64,000 nucleotides of DNA from Lingula anatina (Eukaryota; Animalia; Brachiopoda), in assembly GCA_051362555.1 (NCBI GenBank), contig CM120645.1, forward strand, positions 13,454,001 to 13,518,000, written 5' to 3'. Below are positions 38,873-51,536 of the stretch, piece after piece. The position numbers and the translations under genes were made by a program. The notes below the pieces were generated by a model. The model saw nothing but the letters and a program-made list of their open reading frames with translations. It was not told where the DNA came from and made no database searches. Every line of letters starts with the position of its first letter. The stretch's first letter is position 1.

Positions 38873-40093
38873 GGAAAGTGAGAAACTAAGATGAGCACAC
38901 GTACTTGTACAGTAGGATTGGTATAAACATTACAGCTAACAGCTGTCAAATCAAGCATTGAGAATGACAACAGAACCAATGCTGTGACAAAAACAGTTCC
39001 AAACGACAAGACGTGTACAACCACCTGAAATTGATAACAAAAAGTCAGTCGCAATTCTTAACTCAGCGCAACAGTATTTTATGGTTACCCAAGTTTTAAA
39101 CAAAAGGTAGATATTAACTCACATATAGAAATGCATGCACGGCACCAACTGCATTAATCTCAACTGTTATTGTAATTGTTTTTTTTATATGTTATAAATC
39201 TTTCTTGATTAAAGTTCATTTTAGAGTGTACTGATAAGGATTTACTAACCAAACTAGATGGATTAGTCCCAGCAACTAGTCCAAGTATGCCAGAAATTAT
39301 GAACTGGAAAAAGCAATTTAAAAATGTAGCATTTATATTCTTAATAATTAATATTTTGCGATGAATGGAGTCTATTAAATATAATTATTATGCTCGCACG
39401 CAACATACACACTTTTTCAAGCTATGCTGTTTATACATATATTAATTCATTCGTCTTTTTATTTTTTGTTTTGAAAAAGTAAAAAAAGTAAAAGTGACAC
39501 TTGACCTAAAATTGACCTTTTATTGTCCATTGATTGTATTATTATTTTCATTGTTCTTCACACCATTTTGACCTCTTAACCTTTAGATAGTTGCCTAAGT
39601 GTTAAGGAAATATACAGGTTTGCTTAATGTGTAATGTATTTAAACATCTCGTAACACAAGCCATAGTATATCGTGGAATGAAGGAGAAATTTTTTTTGTT
39701 CAAAACGGTTGTGGACATGTATGGCCTAAAAAGAGTGTAGAGGAAAACTTATAAATAATTTTACAAACTTATAAATAATTTTACTTTCAGACTTTATTTA
39801 CCACACTGGGATTTTAGAGGATGAAAGCTCGCTTTAACTACCTGCCCCCTATACAATGAATAAAAAATCTTTCAAGTAAAACAAAGCGGCCATACATATT
39901 TTACACATTTAAACAACATGAAAGAAAAAATTTTCAAAATGAACAACCCAAACGCAACAGTGATACATGTAATATCTTTGGCCAAATTCGTTTACCTCAC
40001 TTTTGAGAAAAGAAACTGTGCTGCATCTTCCACTTAGAAATGTCTATGACCATAAATGGTATAAATTTTAATAATTGTATATAATAATAATAA

Positions 40094-40124
<31 letters not shown>

Positions 40125-40818
40125 AATTAACACACAGTGCATTGAAATGAATAATGAAAATGAAAACAAATAATAAACATCACGCCGAGAGCGACTTTCT
40201 TTTGTGCAGATCAGGTAACTAGTTTTTACTTTTTCTTTTTCTCAAACCTACCACAAACCCGCTCCAGATCCCGGCCCCAGTCCTCTGGTTCCACGTTGAT
40301 GTGGAGCTGTCACAGTTCGTACTTGTCACATAGCCGTCCGCTTTGAAGTAGTCGGGTAGCTGGATGATGAATGCTACCCCAAGCAAAAGGCACAGCACTC
40401 CAAAGACGATGTGGCAAATGTTGAGACACTTAGGTGGTGATCTAATAATAGTAATAATAATAATAATAATCATAATAATAATTGTTAAAATATAAGAATT
40501 GAATCCGATTGCTGAATATCATGCAACGTACAGTGTAAATGTGCATGAGTATGTGTTTTGAATTATGGAAAGACTGTTAAAAGTGCTGCAACTGTTATGA
40601 ATTTGTCCCTCACCCTCAAAAGTTTATTTACCGACACCATGATTTACGTATGTTAGCCATTAGTTTGTGTGTGTTTGTGTATGTGTGTGTGTGAGTGCAT
40701 GTGCGTCAGAGAGAGAGAGAGAGATGGAGAGAGAGAGAGAGAGACCATACCTCCTCCGCTCGCGTCCAGTGTAAGGTGGCGGGGGTACCAGCGGCACCCT
40801 GTCGTCAGTTTCAGACAT
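37717..40818 (-). CDS. CD20/MS4A-like four-transmembrane protein A (202 aa); exons 40818-40751, 40441-40252, 39303-39250, 39024-38905, 38219-38100, 37773-37717
   Basis: All introns are GT-AG and the frame is continuous. N-terminus MSETDDRVPLVPPPPYTG, four hydrophobic helices, and GAGIWSGFV/FIISGILGLVAG resembling the CD20-family TM2 signature. Confidence 0.8.
38388..38958. repeat. About 283-bp tandem duplication copying the 3' half of MS4A-A exon 4 and its donor
   Basis: TGTGTGGTTACGGAAATTGTACATG occurs at 38388 and 38671; LDLTAVSCNV.TNPTVQ|GTACGT occurs twice. Confidence 0.85.
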
Positions 40819-41534
40819 TTTTCCTAATTATTTAATAGCATAAAAAATCATCTCCTAAAAAACCATGCGAATCAGGTCACATGAGGCATAGTACGTCATT
40901 TCATCCCAACAACCAATCCCAAATATATGTGGACCACCTCGTTGTGATGTAAGTGTAGATTATGTCACAGATATATTAAATACTGAGAGCGAGACTAGAA
41001 TACGGGTAGTGGTTTCTGCTATCAGTTCTAGCGTTATCACCTGTACTGTAGATATAACACGCAATATGCTTTTTGGCAATTAAACAACAACCAGCACGTG
41101 CGTTTGAGTAAATCGTAACGTCTGGTCACGTGACATTTGAGGTGTGTTCCAGTTACCAACGTTGCTAGAGGCTGGAGATTGGGTGTAAACGCGCATGCGT
41201 GATCAAAGCATAACATTTAGAAAATGTCCTTGGCAACTGCTTCATGCCCGTGGGCATTCAAAGTCCAATTAAAGAATGGAAATTTGCACAAAAACAAAAC
41301 AAGCCAAACCAGCCAACCAAACGTACAAAATAGCACAACTTCCAGATAAATAACCCCATCATGCAGACAGGTATTATAACAATATTCATCACTTCTTTAA
41401 GTTTGAGCACAATTAAAATGACCTTTTAGTTTTCATAAAATGTGTCATATCAGTTTTGCTTATAGCATAATGCATGTGTATTCATATTGTAAATTCTACA
41501 GAGAATAATTGGATTTAACACTTAAGATAAAAAA

Positions 41535-41581
<47 letters not shown>

Positions 41582-41807
41582 TAACAGTGTTCGACAGATA
41601 AAACAAATGAGAATTGCTAAAGATCAACGAATACCCCCCCCCCTACACTTGTATGAGTATGTGTAATGGATTTTGGGAATACTATTGTAAGTGCTGCAAC
41701 TGTTATGTCTTTGCCCCTCATTCTCCAAAAAGTTTAGATTATTTAGCGACACCATGGTTAACGTATTCTTGCCAATATCGTGTGTGTGTGTATGTGTGCA
41801 TGTGTGC

Positions 41808-41849
<42 letters not shown>

Positions 41850-41857
41850 CTATATAC

Positions 41858-41925
41858 CTCTTCTTCTTGCGTCCGGGGTAGGGGGGTGGGGGAACCAGCA
41901 GCACCCTGTCGCCAGTTTCGGACAT
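41858..41925 (-). other. Duplicated MS4A-like exon 1 with its upstream region (alternative first exon or orphan)
   Basis: 68-nt MSETGDRVLLVPPPPYPGRKKK-AG|GTATAT, same size and phase as the other exon 1 copies, with no exon 2 of its own. Confidence 0.75.
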
Positions 41926-42570
41926 GTTCCCTTATTATTTGATAGCATAAAAACATCCCCTGAAAAAAACATGCGGATCAGGTCACATGAGAAATAGTAC
42001 GTCATTTGATCCCAACAACCACTGCCAAATATACACGGTACGTGGACCACCTCGTTGTAATGTAAGTGCAGATTATGTTACAGATATATAAAAATACTGA
42101 GATCAAGACTAGAATATGGATGGTGGTTCCTGCTATCATTTCAAGCGTTATCAAATTTTGGACTTCAGCTAAAAACTCGAGTACCATCTGATGCACGTTT
42201 GTTAACACGAAATAAGCACCGCTTCTGATAAGACGAATTGGATGAATATAATTTAGATGTCATATCTGTGCGAGTGATAAAGGTTTATTGTTGTTTTAAG
42301 TGGCCTACCACCTGTACTGTAGAGATACATTGTAATATTCTTTTTGGCAATTAAACAACAACCAGCACGTGCGTTTGAGTAAATCGTAACGTCTTGTCGT
42401 GTGACATTTTAAGAATGTTCCAGTTACTTACATTGCAGAGAGCTTGAGAAACGCGATTACGTGATCAAAGTATAACATTCAGAAAAAAAGTACTTATAAT
42501 CAGCTCCATGCCCTTGGGAGTTCAAAGTCACGTCTTGAAAATGAAAGTTAAAAAAGAAAAAAAAAATTCT

Positions 42571-42628
<58 letters not shown>

Positions 42629-42809
42629 AATGTGTGAAAGGCAGTAAAAAAGGACTTTTGGGCGAAGGGTGACAATATGCTTTATTTTGAACATAATTGA
42701 AAGGACCTACCAGTTTTCCTAGAAATGTGTTATCAGTTTTGCCTATAGTAAAATATATGTGTATTCACATAGTAAATTTTAATGAAAATAATTAGATTAA
42801 ACACTTTAG

Positions 42810-42844
<35 letters not shown>

Positions 42845-43124
42845 GAAAGCATATTCCGTACTTAAAACTGTCAGCTGCCTTCTTTATTTATATCAAACTT
42901 ACTAAAAGAATTTAATATTTTTTGCACCTTTATTCGCATTAAATGTATTAAAAGCTTATCAATATTTTTGCATCTTTATTCATATCAAAACTGGTATACG
43001 TACTAAAATAAATTATTTATACTTTTTGCATCCTATTCAAATCAAATGTAGTAAGATACTACAATACAGTATAACATAAAGTCTGTTACTGTAACCGTAA
43101 ACATACATGTATATACTTTATCCT

Positions 43125-43228
43125 GCCACGTGATTTTATCAAGTAGATCAATGACAATTATGATGGCTGTTTCGTCTTCACTGGTAGTGGAATCAGGTGA
43201 AGTCCTCTTTTCTTGTGACGTCATCGCA
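43125..43228 (-). pseudogene. Shorter SCP exon-3 remnant (duplicate of 48640-48755)
   Basis: TGATGGCTGTTTCGTCTTCACTGGTA...TGACGTCATCGC is shared with 48677-48754; the rest is deleted. Confidence 0.6.
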
Positions 43229-43281
43229 GTGCTTTGCAGTTTTGGTTGCCTGATTTTCGTTTGTGTCGATTGGGTGTAGAT

Positions 43282-44121
43282 TTACACAGCTCTCTGCTAA
43301 TGAAAAACAGAGACCAAAAATTTGACGAGAACGATTTATTGTTAGTCATAACATTTTAAAAAGTTCGCTGGATCTTACCTTATTCTTTGTATATGCGTTT
43401 ACGCCTATAGTCATTTCAATAAAAATAACAGCAATATTTTGGAATATCGTATGTTTTACTTCTTACACCGGATGGAGGATTCCTCTCATAAATCTTTTAA
43501 AATATGAATGAAATGTTCGCAAATAATTATGCTTGAACAACCCAGGTAGATTGCAAGTGTGACTTATACGAAAAAATCGTGAATGATTTACTTGCATGCA
43601 AATTCTGGTAGGCGATACTCACCGCTGGGCGGCTGTTCCAGGCGACACATTGCACCAATGAACACACTGTGGTAAACAGCATCTCTATCACAGCCAAAAA
43701 CACCATACTGCAGCACATAGCTAACACAACGATCCATTGCTGCAAAGAAGAAGGGCCATGACCTTGTAACGTATTTCTTTTTGATCACCCTCCTCCCCCC
43801 CCCCAAAAAAGGCAACTCGTTGCTATAAGGCAAATTATGTTTTAAAAAAAAATTTAAAAAAATTATTTGATAATAAACCAAAAACAACATGTTTATGATA
43901 AATACTGTACTCTATATACATGCAATGAATCATTTTAGAACTTAACTGTTAAAAAATACACTCCAAAATTTCATAGAACCGTACGTTAACAGTGTTCAAA
44001 AATACTGAAGTGCATGAATAAATGTACATGTATTTATAAATAAAGCTTTGTCCAACATACATGTACATGTATACATAAAGCATTGAGCATGTGTGTGTGT
44101 ATGTGTGTGTGTGTGTGTGTA

Positions 44122-44167
<46 letters not shown>

Positions 44168-44307
44168 CGATACAGAGACAGAAAAAGAGATGAACCGAGG
44201 TTGTTATAAACATTACAACTGACATTAGTCATATTTATTATGAACAGTACCAACAATAGAGCAGATATGGCAAATACAAGAGCAGACGACAACAGGTGCA
44301 CCACCAA
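43282..44307 (-). pseudogene. Truncated MS4A-like copy B (exons 4, 5 and 6 only)
   Basis: Exon 4 starts at 44307 and its donor segment is deleted. Exon 5 is 43739-43623 and exon 6 is 43293-43282 (RAV*). Closest to copy D; exons 1-3 are absent. Confidence 0.7.
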
Positions 44308-44989
44308 CTGCAATTATAAAAGCAGAAATAATTTTTATGGATCACTGAATAATTATAACACGCGTTTAAATAGACAGGTGTTATATTCACCGATGTTAAT
44401 ACTCAGTAGTATCAAGTGCTTTAATTTTTATCCCGCATATTTTCGCTCAAATATACAGACTTAACATTAAATATAGAATATTTTTTCCAAATCATTTTTC
44501 ATCAAATTTTCCCTATTATACTGACTGATCAATGAAAATAAGGATAAAAATCGTGTTTTAATATCTTTTAATAATATCTTTGATGTCATTGTGACATCAG
44601 TTCATTAATTGAATTCGCCTCTGAAGCAAACAAAAATACATTGCCTATTCTAAGTCATACGACAACCATTAAAAGCTATAGTTTGGATCTCCATAGTTTC
44701 CAAATAATCGTCTGCAAAAGCGTTACACGCCCACAAAAGTACCCCCATGTCAGTGTCTACTAATAGCAACGGTCGCTGATAAGCCTGACCTCATCTGGCT
44801 GCTACCAGGGCTCTCAAACGACAAGCCACTCCTTGGGATAGGTTTTTAGAGTTTAATCAGGAATAACTTTCCATGCGTCGATCAAAACTTGTTCAATGTG
44901 GTTCGGTTTTGTTGTAGGACATGTACGTGCTTTCTTAAATATATCCTGATGAAATTTAATTGTCCGCCACAAAATGGCATTGGTGTAGT

Positions 44990-45791
44990 CTACGACGACC
45001 CTGCGTCGTCTGTGGCGTTTGGCTGGGTCTCCACCAATCTCTGTTAAAGCGAAAAAGAGGAAAACGTGTCACATAGTTTTCCATATTATCACGTGAATGA
45101 TTTGCGGTTTATTGGTGGTAACATTTTAAACAGCTGTTGTCTATATTGACAACCCATTACCTTATCTGTGTACATTACTTATTCTATTACAGTGTTAATG
45201 CACGCTACTAAAATACCAGACTGTTCTGTACGTCTCGTCCATCAGTGGACAACGGGTATTTTTCAGCAGCGTTTTCGCAACCCGCTGATTTTCACGAAAC
45301 GCCTGAAACTGCTTTTTGCTTGTAAGTGAATAAGATATGGTCTGCTGCAAATTTGATATAGAGAGTTCTGGGATTAGTATTTGATTAGTTATGAAAAGAG
45401 GTCTAGTATAGTAGTATAGGCCACACTTACCGTTGTGGTGCGGCTGCAGGCGACATGCAAACTCAACAACGAAGACGCAATGGTGAGCAGCATCTCTAAC
45501 GCAGCCAAGAACACCATTATGCCACACATGGCTAATAAAACGATCCATTTCTGTAATAAAAAGAAACCTTTTTCTTGCACAGTCAGTAAAGCCGAAATGT
45601 TTGTTGAAAGAGGAATGAATGTTGAACAACGTGGATATAAGGTACATGATAAATATAATGTTTTTTTTTTTTGTTTAAAAATTAAGTACGAAAGTATTGA
45701 CACATTAGTCTATGTTGGTTACGGAAATTGTACTCTAACAATATATGAATAGGGCTATTTGTGGCCCATGCACCAATGTCAATACCGATAT

Positions 45792-45828
<37 letters not shown>

Positions 45829-45830
45829 AG

Positions 45831-45876
<46 letters not shown>

Positions 45877-47144
45877 GTGGAGAGTGAGAAAGTGAGAAGA
45901 ACACACGTACTTGTACAGTAGGATTGGTATAAACATTGCAGCTGACAGATGTCAAATCAAGCATTGAGAGCGACAACAGAACCAATGCTGTGACAAAAAC
46001 AGTACCAGATGACATTACGTGTACAACCACCTGAAATTGATAACAAAAAATTCAGTTACACTACTTAATTCAATGCATCAGTTATTAAAAGTTAACCACT
46101 TTTTAAGTAAAAAGGTAGATATTAACTCACATACAGCAATTCATGCACAGCACCATCTGCATTGATATTTATTGTTTTCTTTATAAGTAATGGTTATAAA
46201 ATGTGTATTGTTTAAGGTTAATTTATATAGTGTATTACTAAGGGTTTACTTACCAAACAGCACGAATTAGTTCCAGCAACTAATCCAAGTATGCCACAAA
46301 TTATGAACTGGAAATATATAAAATGCAGCATTTATATTCTGAATGATAATTATTTTGCTAGGAAAGGAATCAATTGAATATTGATATTATTGCAGAACAC
46401 AACGAGCACCAATTATTTCTTCCTATTCTCTCTGAATATAAATTCAATTCATAGATTCAATTCATTCATTTTCATTTTGCTTTTTATAAAAAAGTAAAAT
46501 TGATTTTAAAAAATCTTTGACTCACTTATTGACAATCCATTAATTGAATATTAATTAAATTATTAGCATTATTCTTTTGACAATTTTGACTTTTTAACAT
46601 TAAGATTGTTGCCTTATAGTTTAAGGGAAATATGAATTTACTTAATGTATAATGTTCCACATTTTACTTACTTAATGTACAAGCTCTTTACAATGCATGC
46701 AGCGCATTTATTAGAATAAATTAAATTGAAGTGAATGTCAACCTTGGCCTTTTAACAAGCAATAATAATACCCGTTGATCACGACTGGTATTTTCTATGC
46801 AAAAACAAATGACAATCATCAAGTCATTTACTTTCTTTTGTGCATCAGGTCAGTTCTTCTGTTTTATTTTTCTCAAACCTATTACAAACCTATCATTAAC
46901 CTACCACAAACCTACCAAAAATCTACCCTACAGTAAACCTACCACAAACCTACCACAAACCCACTCCAGACTCCGGCCCCAGTCCTCTGATTCCACGTTA
47001 CAGTGGAGTTAACACAGTTCTTACTTGTCACATAGCCGTCCGCTTTGAAGTACTCGGGTAGCTGGATGATGAATGCTGCCCCAAGCAAAAGGCACAGCAC
47101 TCCAATGATGAAGTGACAAATGTTGAGACATTTAGATGGTGATC

Positions 47145-47184
<40 letters not shown>

Positions 47185-47386
47185 TGTCATTTTTATTATT
47201 AGCAGTGTTCGACAGATAAAACATATAAGAATTGCTAAAGATCAACGAACACCCCCCCTCTACATATGAATGGGTATCTGTAATTAATACTGTTGAAAGT
47301 GCTGCAACTTATGTCTTTGCCCCACACTCTCCAAAAAGTTTAGATTATTTAGCGACACCATGGTTTACGTATATTTGCCAATAGCA

Positions 47387-47469
<83 letters not shown>

Positions 47470-47541
47470 ATACCTCTTTTTCTCGTGTCCGGGGTAAGGC
47501 GGTGGGGGTGCCAAAGGCACCCTTTCGTCAGTTTCGGACAT
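44990..47541 (-). CDS. CD20/MS4A-like four-transmembrane protein C (200 aa); exons 47541-47474, 47143-46954, 46307-46254, 46030-45911, 45550-45431, 45040-44990
   Basis: Exon sizes 68/190/54/120/120/51, GT-AG introns, open frame; close paralog of A. Confidence 0.8.
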
Positions 47542-48639
47542 GTTCCCTAATTATTAGATAGCATAAACAAAACTTTCCCCTAAAATCACGCGGATCAGGT
47601 CACATGAGAAATAGTACGTCATTCGATCCCAACAACCAATCTCAAATATATGTGGACCACCTCGTTGTAATGTAAGTGCAGATTTTGTTACAGATATAAT
47701 AAATTGTGAGAGTGAGACTAGAAATTGGATGGTGATGTCTGCTATCAGTTCAAGCGTTATCAATCTTTGAACTTCAACTAAAAACTCGATTACCACATGA
47801 TGCGAGTTTGTTAACGCAAAATAAGCACCTGACCTCTTCTGATAAGAAGAATTTGATAAGTATAAACTGGATGTCATATCTGTGATGAAGCTATACTGTT
47901 GTTCTCAGTGCCCTACCAAATGTACTGTAGATATACAATTGTATTATGCTTTTGGGCAATTAAACAACAACCAGCACGTGCGTTTGAGTAAATCGTAACG
48001 TCTGGTCACGTGTCATATGAGGAATGTTCCACTTACTAACATTGTAGAGAGCTAGAGATTAGGTGTAAACGCGCATGTGTGATCAAAGCATAAATGCACT
48101 TAGCATTAGTTTCGTGTCCGTGGGCGTTCAAAGTCACACCTTGGAAATGCTAGTTAAAGAAAGGGAAAAAAATGCACAAAAACAAACTAAACCAAACCGA
48201 ACAAACAAACAAACAAACAAACAAACAAACAAAAAAGCACAACTTCCAGACAAATAATCCCATCATGCAGATTTTTAACTCGACGTGTATTTTAACAATA
48301 TTTATCACTTCTTTAAGTTTGATCACAATTTAAAGGACCTACTAGTTAAAAGAGAATTGGATTTAACACTTAAAATAAATGTATTATTATTATTATTATT
48401 ATCATTATTATTATTATTAAAGTATATACCGTGCTTAAAACTGTCTGCTGTCTTCTTTATTTATATCAAACGTACTAAAAGAACTAATAAATACTTTTGT
48501 ATCTTTATTAATATCAAAAGTACTAAAAGAACCAATGTTTACTTTTTGCATCTTTATTCATATTTATTCATAAATATACTTAAATAACAATACAGTATAG
48601 CATAAAGTCTTTCACCATACATGTACATCCTGCTACGTG

Positions 48640-49060
48640 ATTTTAATCAAAACGATCAATGACACAATTACATATATGATGGCTGTTTCGTCTTCACTGG
48701 TAATGAAATCAGCGTGAGCTACAGCGAAGTCCTCTCCTCTTGTGACGTCATCGCCGTCAGCGTCCATGACCTTGAAGACATCCTCCGAGTGTTCCGATGG
48801 AATTCCACTACCGTAGAGAAACGCCTTGTCTTATTTTGGGGAGATGAAGACGTTGCCATGAACATTTATCAAACCCTTGGACTCGACTTTAAAATATCCA
48901 CAGAAAACCGACGGAAGGTGGTATTAACGCAAAGGTCAATATACCAAATATCTATGCCATTAAACTTATAAAAATATTCACCTATTTTCTGTTTTACATA
49001 TCGATATGAGCATGTTATATCTCGGGAGGCCTTGAAGACAGTTGCTGAAAACATTCCCAA
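48640..49060 (-). pseudogene. Decayed SCP exon-3 remnant
   Basis: GTCCATGACCTTGAAGACATCCTCCGAGTGTTC is identical to copy 5 exon 3 (about 35430-35463). Stops and frameshifts are present; boundaries are approximate. Confidence 0.8.
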
Positions 49061-49186
49061 TCTGATTTACAAGTCTACTAAAGTATGTCCAGATAAACGT
49101 CCATTGTCCGTTTCTAAGAAATAAAAAATAAATTTGCTTTGCAGTTTTGGTCGCCTCATTTCCGTCTGCGTCGATTGGGTGTGGAT

Positions 49187-49993
49187 TTACACAGCTCTCT
49201 GGTAATGAAAAACGGAGACAAAAAATCTGTAGTGAACGATTCACTGTTAGTCATAACATTTTTAAAAAATTGCTGCATCTAACATTATTATTTGTCGTTT
49301 ATGTGTTTACGCCTAGTTATTTCAATATAGAGAACCAGAGTCTCTTGGAATATCATATGTTTTGCTTCTTTCACCAGGCTGAGGAATCCTGTAAGCTTCG
49401 TTGTCTTAACTCTTAAATTTGGATGAAATGTTAGTAAATAAATTTTGCTTGAACTCTCCAGGTAGATTGCAAGTGTGACTTATATACACAAAATTCGTGA
49501 ATGATTTATTTGCATGAAAACATTGTTAGGCGATACCTACCGCTGGGCGGCTGTTCCAGGCGACACATTGCACCAATGAACACACAATGGTAAGCAGCAT
49601 CTCTATCACAGCCAAAAACACCATACTGCAGCACATAGCTAGCAAAACGATCCATTGCTGCAAAGAAGAAGGGCCATGACCTTGTAATGTGTCTTTTTGT
49701 TCACCCCCTCCCCCCAAAGCAACTTGTTGTTAAAAGGCGAATAATGTTCAACAATAAAAAACATCTCTCTTTGATAATAAACCAAAAACAACATGTTTAT
49801 GCTAAATAGTGTATTCCATATATACATGAAATGAATAATCTTTAGAATTTAAAAGCACACTCCAAAATTTCATGAAACCGTACGGTAACAATGTTAAAAA
49901 TACTGACGCTCGTGAATGAATATATTTGTAAAGAAGACTTTATCCAGCAGGCATGTGTACATATTGTTTTGTGCATGTGTGTGTGTGCTTTAG

Positions 49994-50058
<65 letters not shown>

Positions 50059-51072
50059 GATAAATAAAGAGAGAAAGAGAGATATGCACACGTACTACTA
50101 CACCCGGGTTGTTATAAACATTGCAACTGGTATCAGTCATATCTATTATGGACAGTACCAACAGCAGAGCAGATATGGCAATAACAATAGCAGACGACAA
50201 CAGGTGCACCACCAACTGCAATTATAAATCGGTTAAATGTTAATGATTAAATTCATGGAACAGATAGTTAATTAGGCATTTAAATAGGCAGATGTTTTTT
50301 CACCGTCACTAGTATCAATTGCTTTAATATATATATATATATCCAGCATATTTTCGCTCAAACATACTTGAAACATATTTGAAAACTATGTTCTTGGGAC
50401 CTTAACAAGTATGAAATGATATGGATATAGGCCTACTTACTAAAACAGATGGATTAGTCCAAGCAATTAGTCCAAGTATCCCAGAGATTATAAACTGAAA
50501 AATTGTAAATGAAAGAAAGTATAGCCCCAATGTTCTTATTCAAAATATAAAATCAATTCAACTTTGTTGTTACCGAAAATGCAGTGAATAAAATTATTTC
50601 GGAGTACAATCAACATTTAAATTAGACATATACATTATAGCATGGCAATAACATAAAAGTGTCAAAGGTATAATAGTTATAATTACATAAAAAAGTAATG
50701 CTCAGCATGGATTCAAACTGCTCACTGTATAAAGCTGGCAAAGTAAGTAAATGAATATTAAATTAACTATTTACCCAATTAACGAATAAATGAATAAATA
50801 ATAAATTATATGACAAAAACAGCCATTTTGATATGGACATAATTATCATTTCAGGTTGGTCTTTTTCTTTTTTTTGAAACCTACCAACATCCCACTCCAG
50901 ACCCCAGCCCCGGTTTTCAGGTTCCATATGACGACGGCCTTGTCGCAGTCTTTAGTTGGCACGTTTTCTTCTTTGAAAAACTCGGGTAACTGGACGAGGA
51001 ACAAAATTCCAAGTAGAAGACATAGCACTCCAATGACAACGTGGCAAACATTCAGACACTTCGACGAAACCC

Positions 51073-51106
<34 letters not shown>

Positions 51107-51318
51107 TATTATAATAATAAAATATATCAGACTAAGTAGCATACATGAAGCCCATGCAATTATTCAAAAGGAAATGAGGCACAGTTCATATAATTATCCT
51201 TGACAGATAAAAAGACTGTCTGTTAAACTAGCACAACATGCTATGACCTCCCCCCCCTTAGTTAAAAAAATGTTTGGTTAATTTAACGTCACCATTTATG
51301 TACGTGCGTCAAGTGTGT

Positions 51319-51381
<63 letters not shown>

Positions 51382-51536
51382 AGAAGAACGATGGAGAGAA
51401 AGTACAACTTTCGATAATGTCCGTAATGTCTTCTGCGCAATAAAAACAGTTCTGTATGTAACCCTTACCTCGTCTTGTCGCGGCCAGGATAGGGCGGTGG
51501 AGGTGCCAGCGGCACCCTGTCGTGAGTTTCGGACAT
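49187..51536 (-). CDS. CD20/MS4A-like four-transmembrane protein D (185 aa); exons 51536-51469, 51071-50885, 50494-50441, 50215-50096, 49657-49541, 49198-49187
   Basis: Same exon phases, PPPPY N-terminus, GAGVWSGML/FIISGILGLIAW. The 3-residue last exon (RAV*) is the least certain part. Confidence 0.75.
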
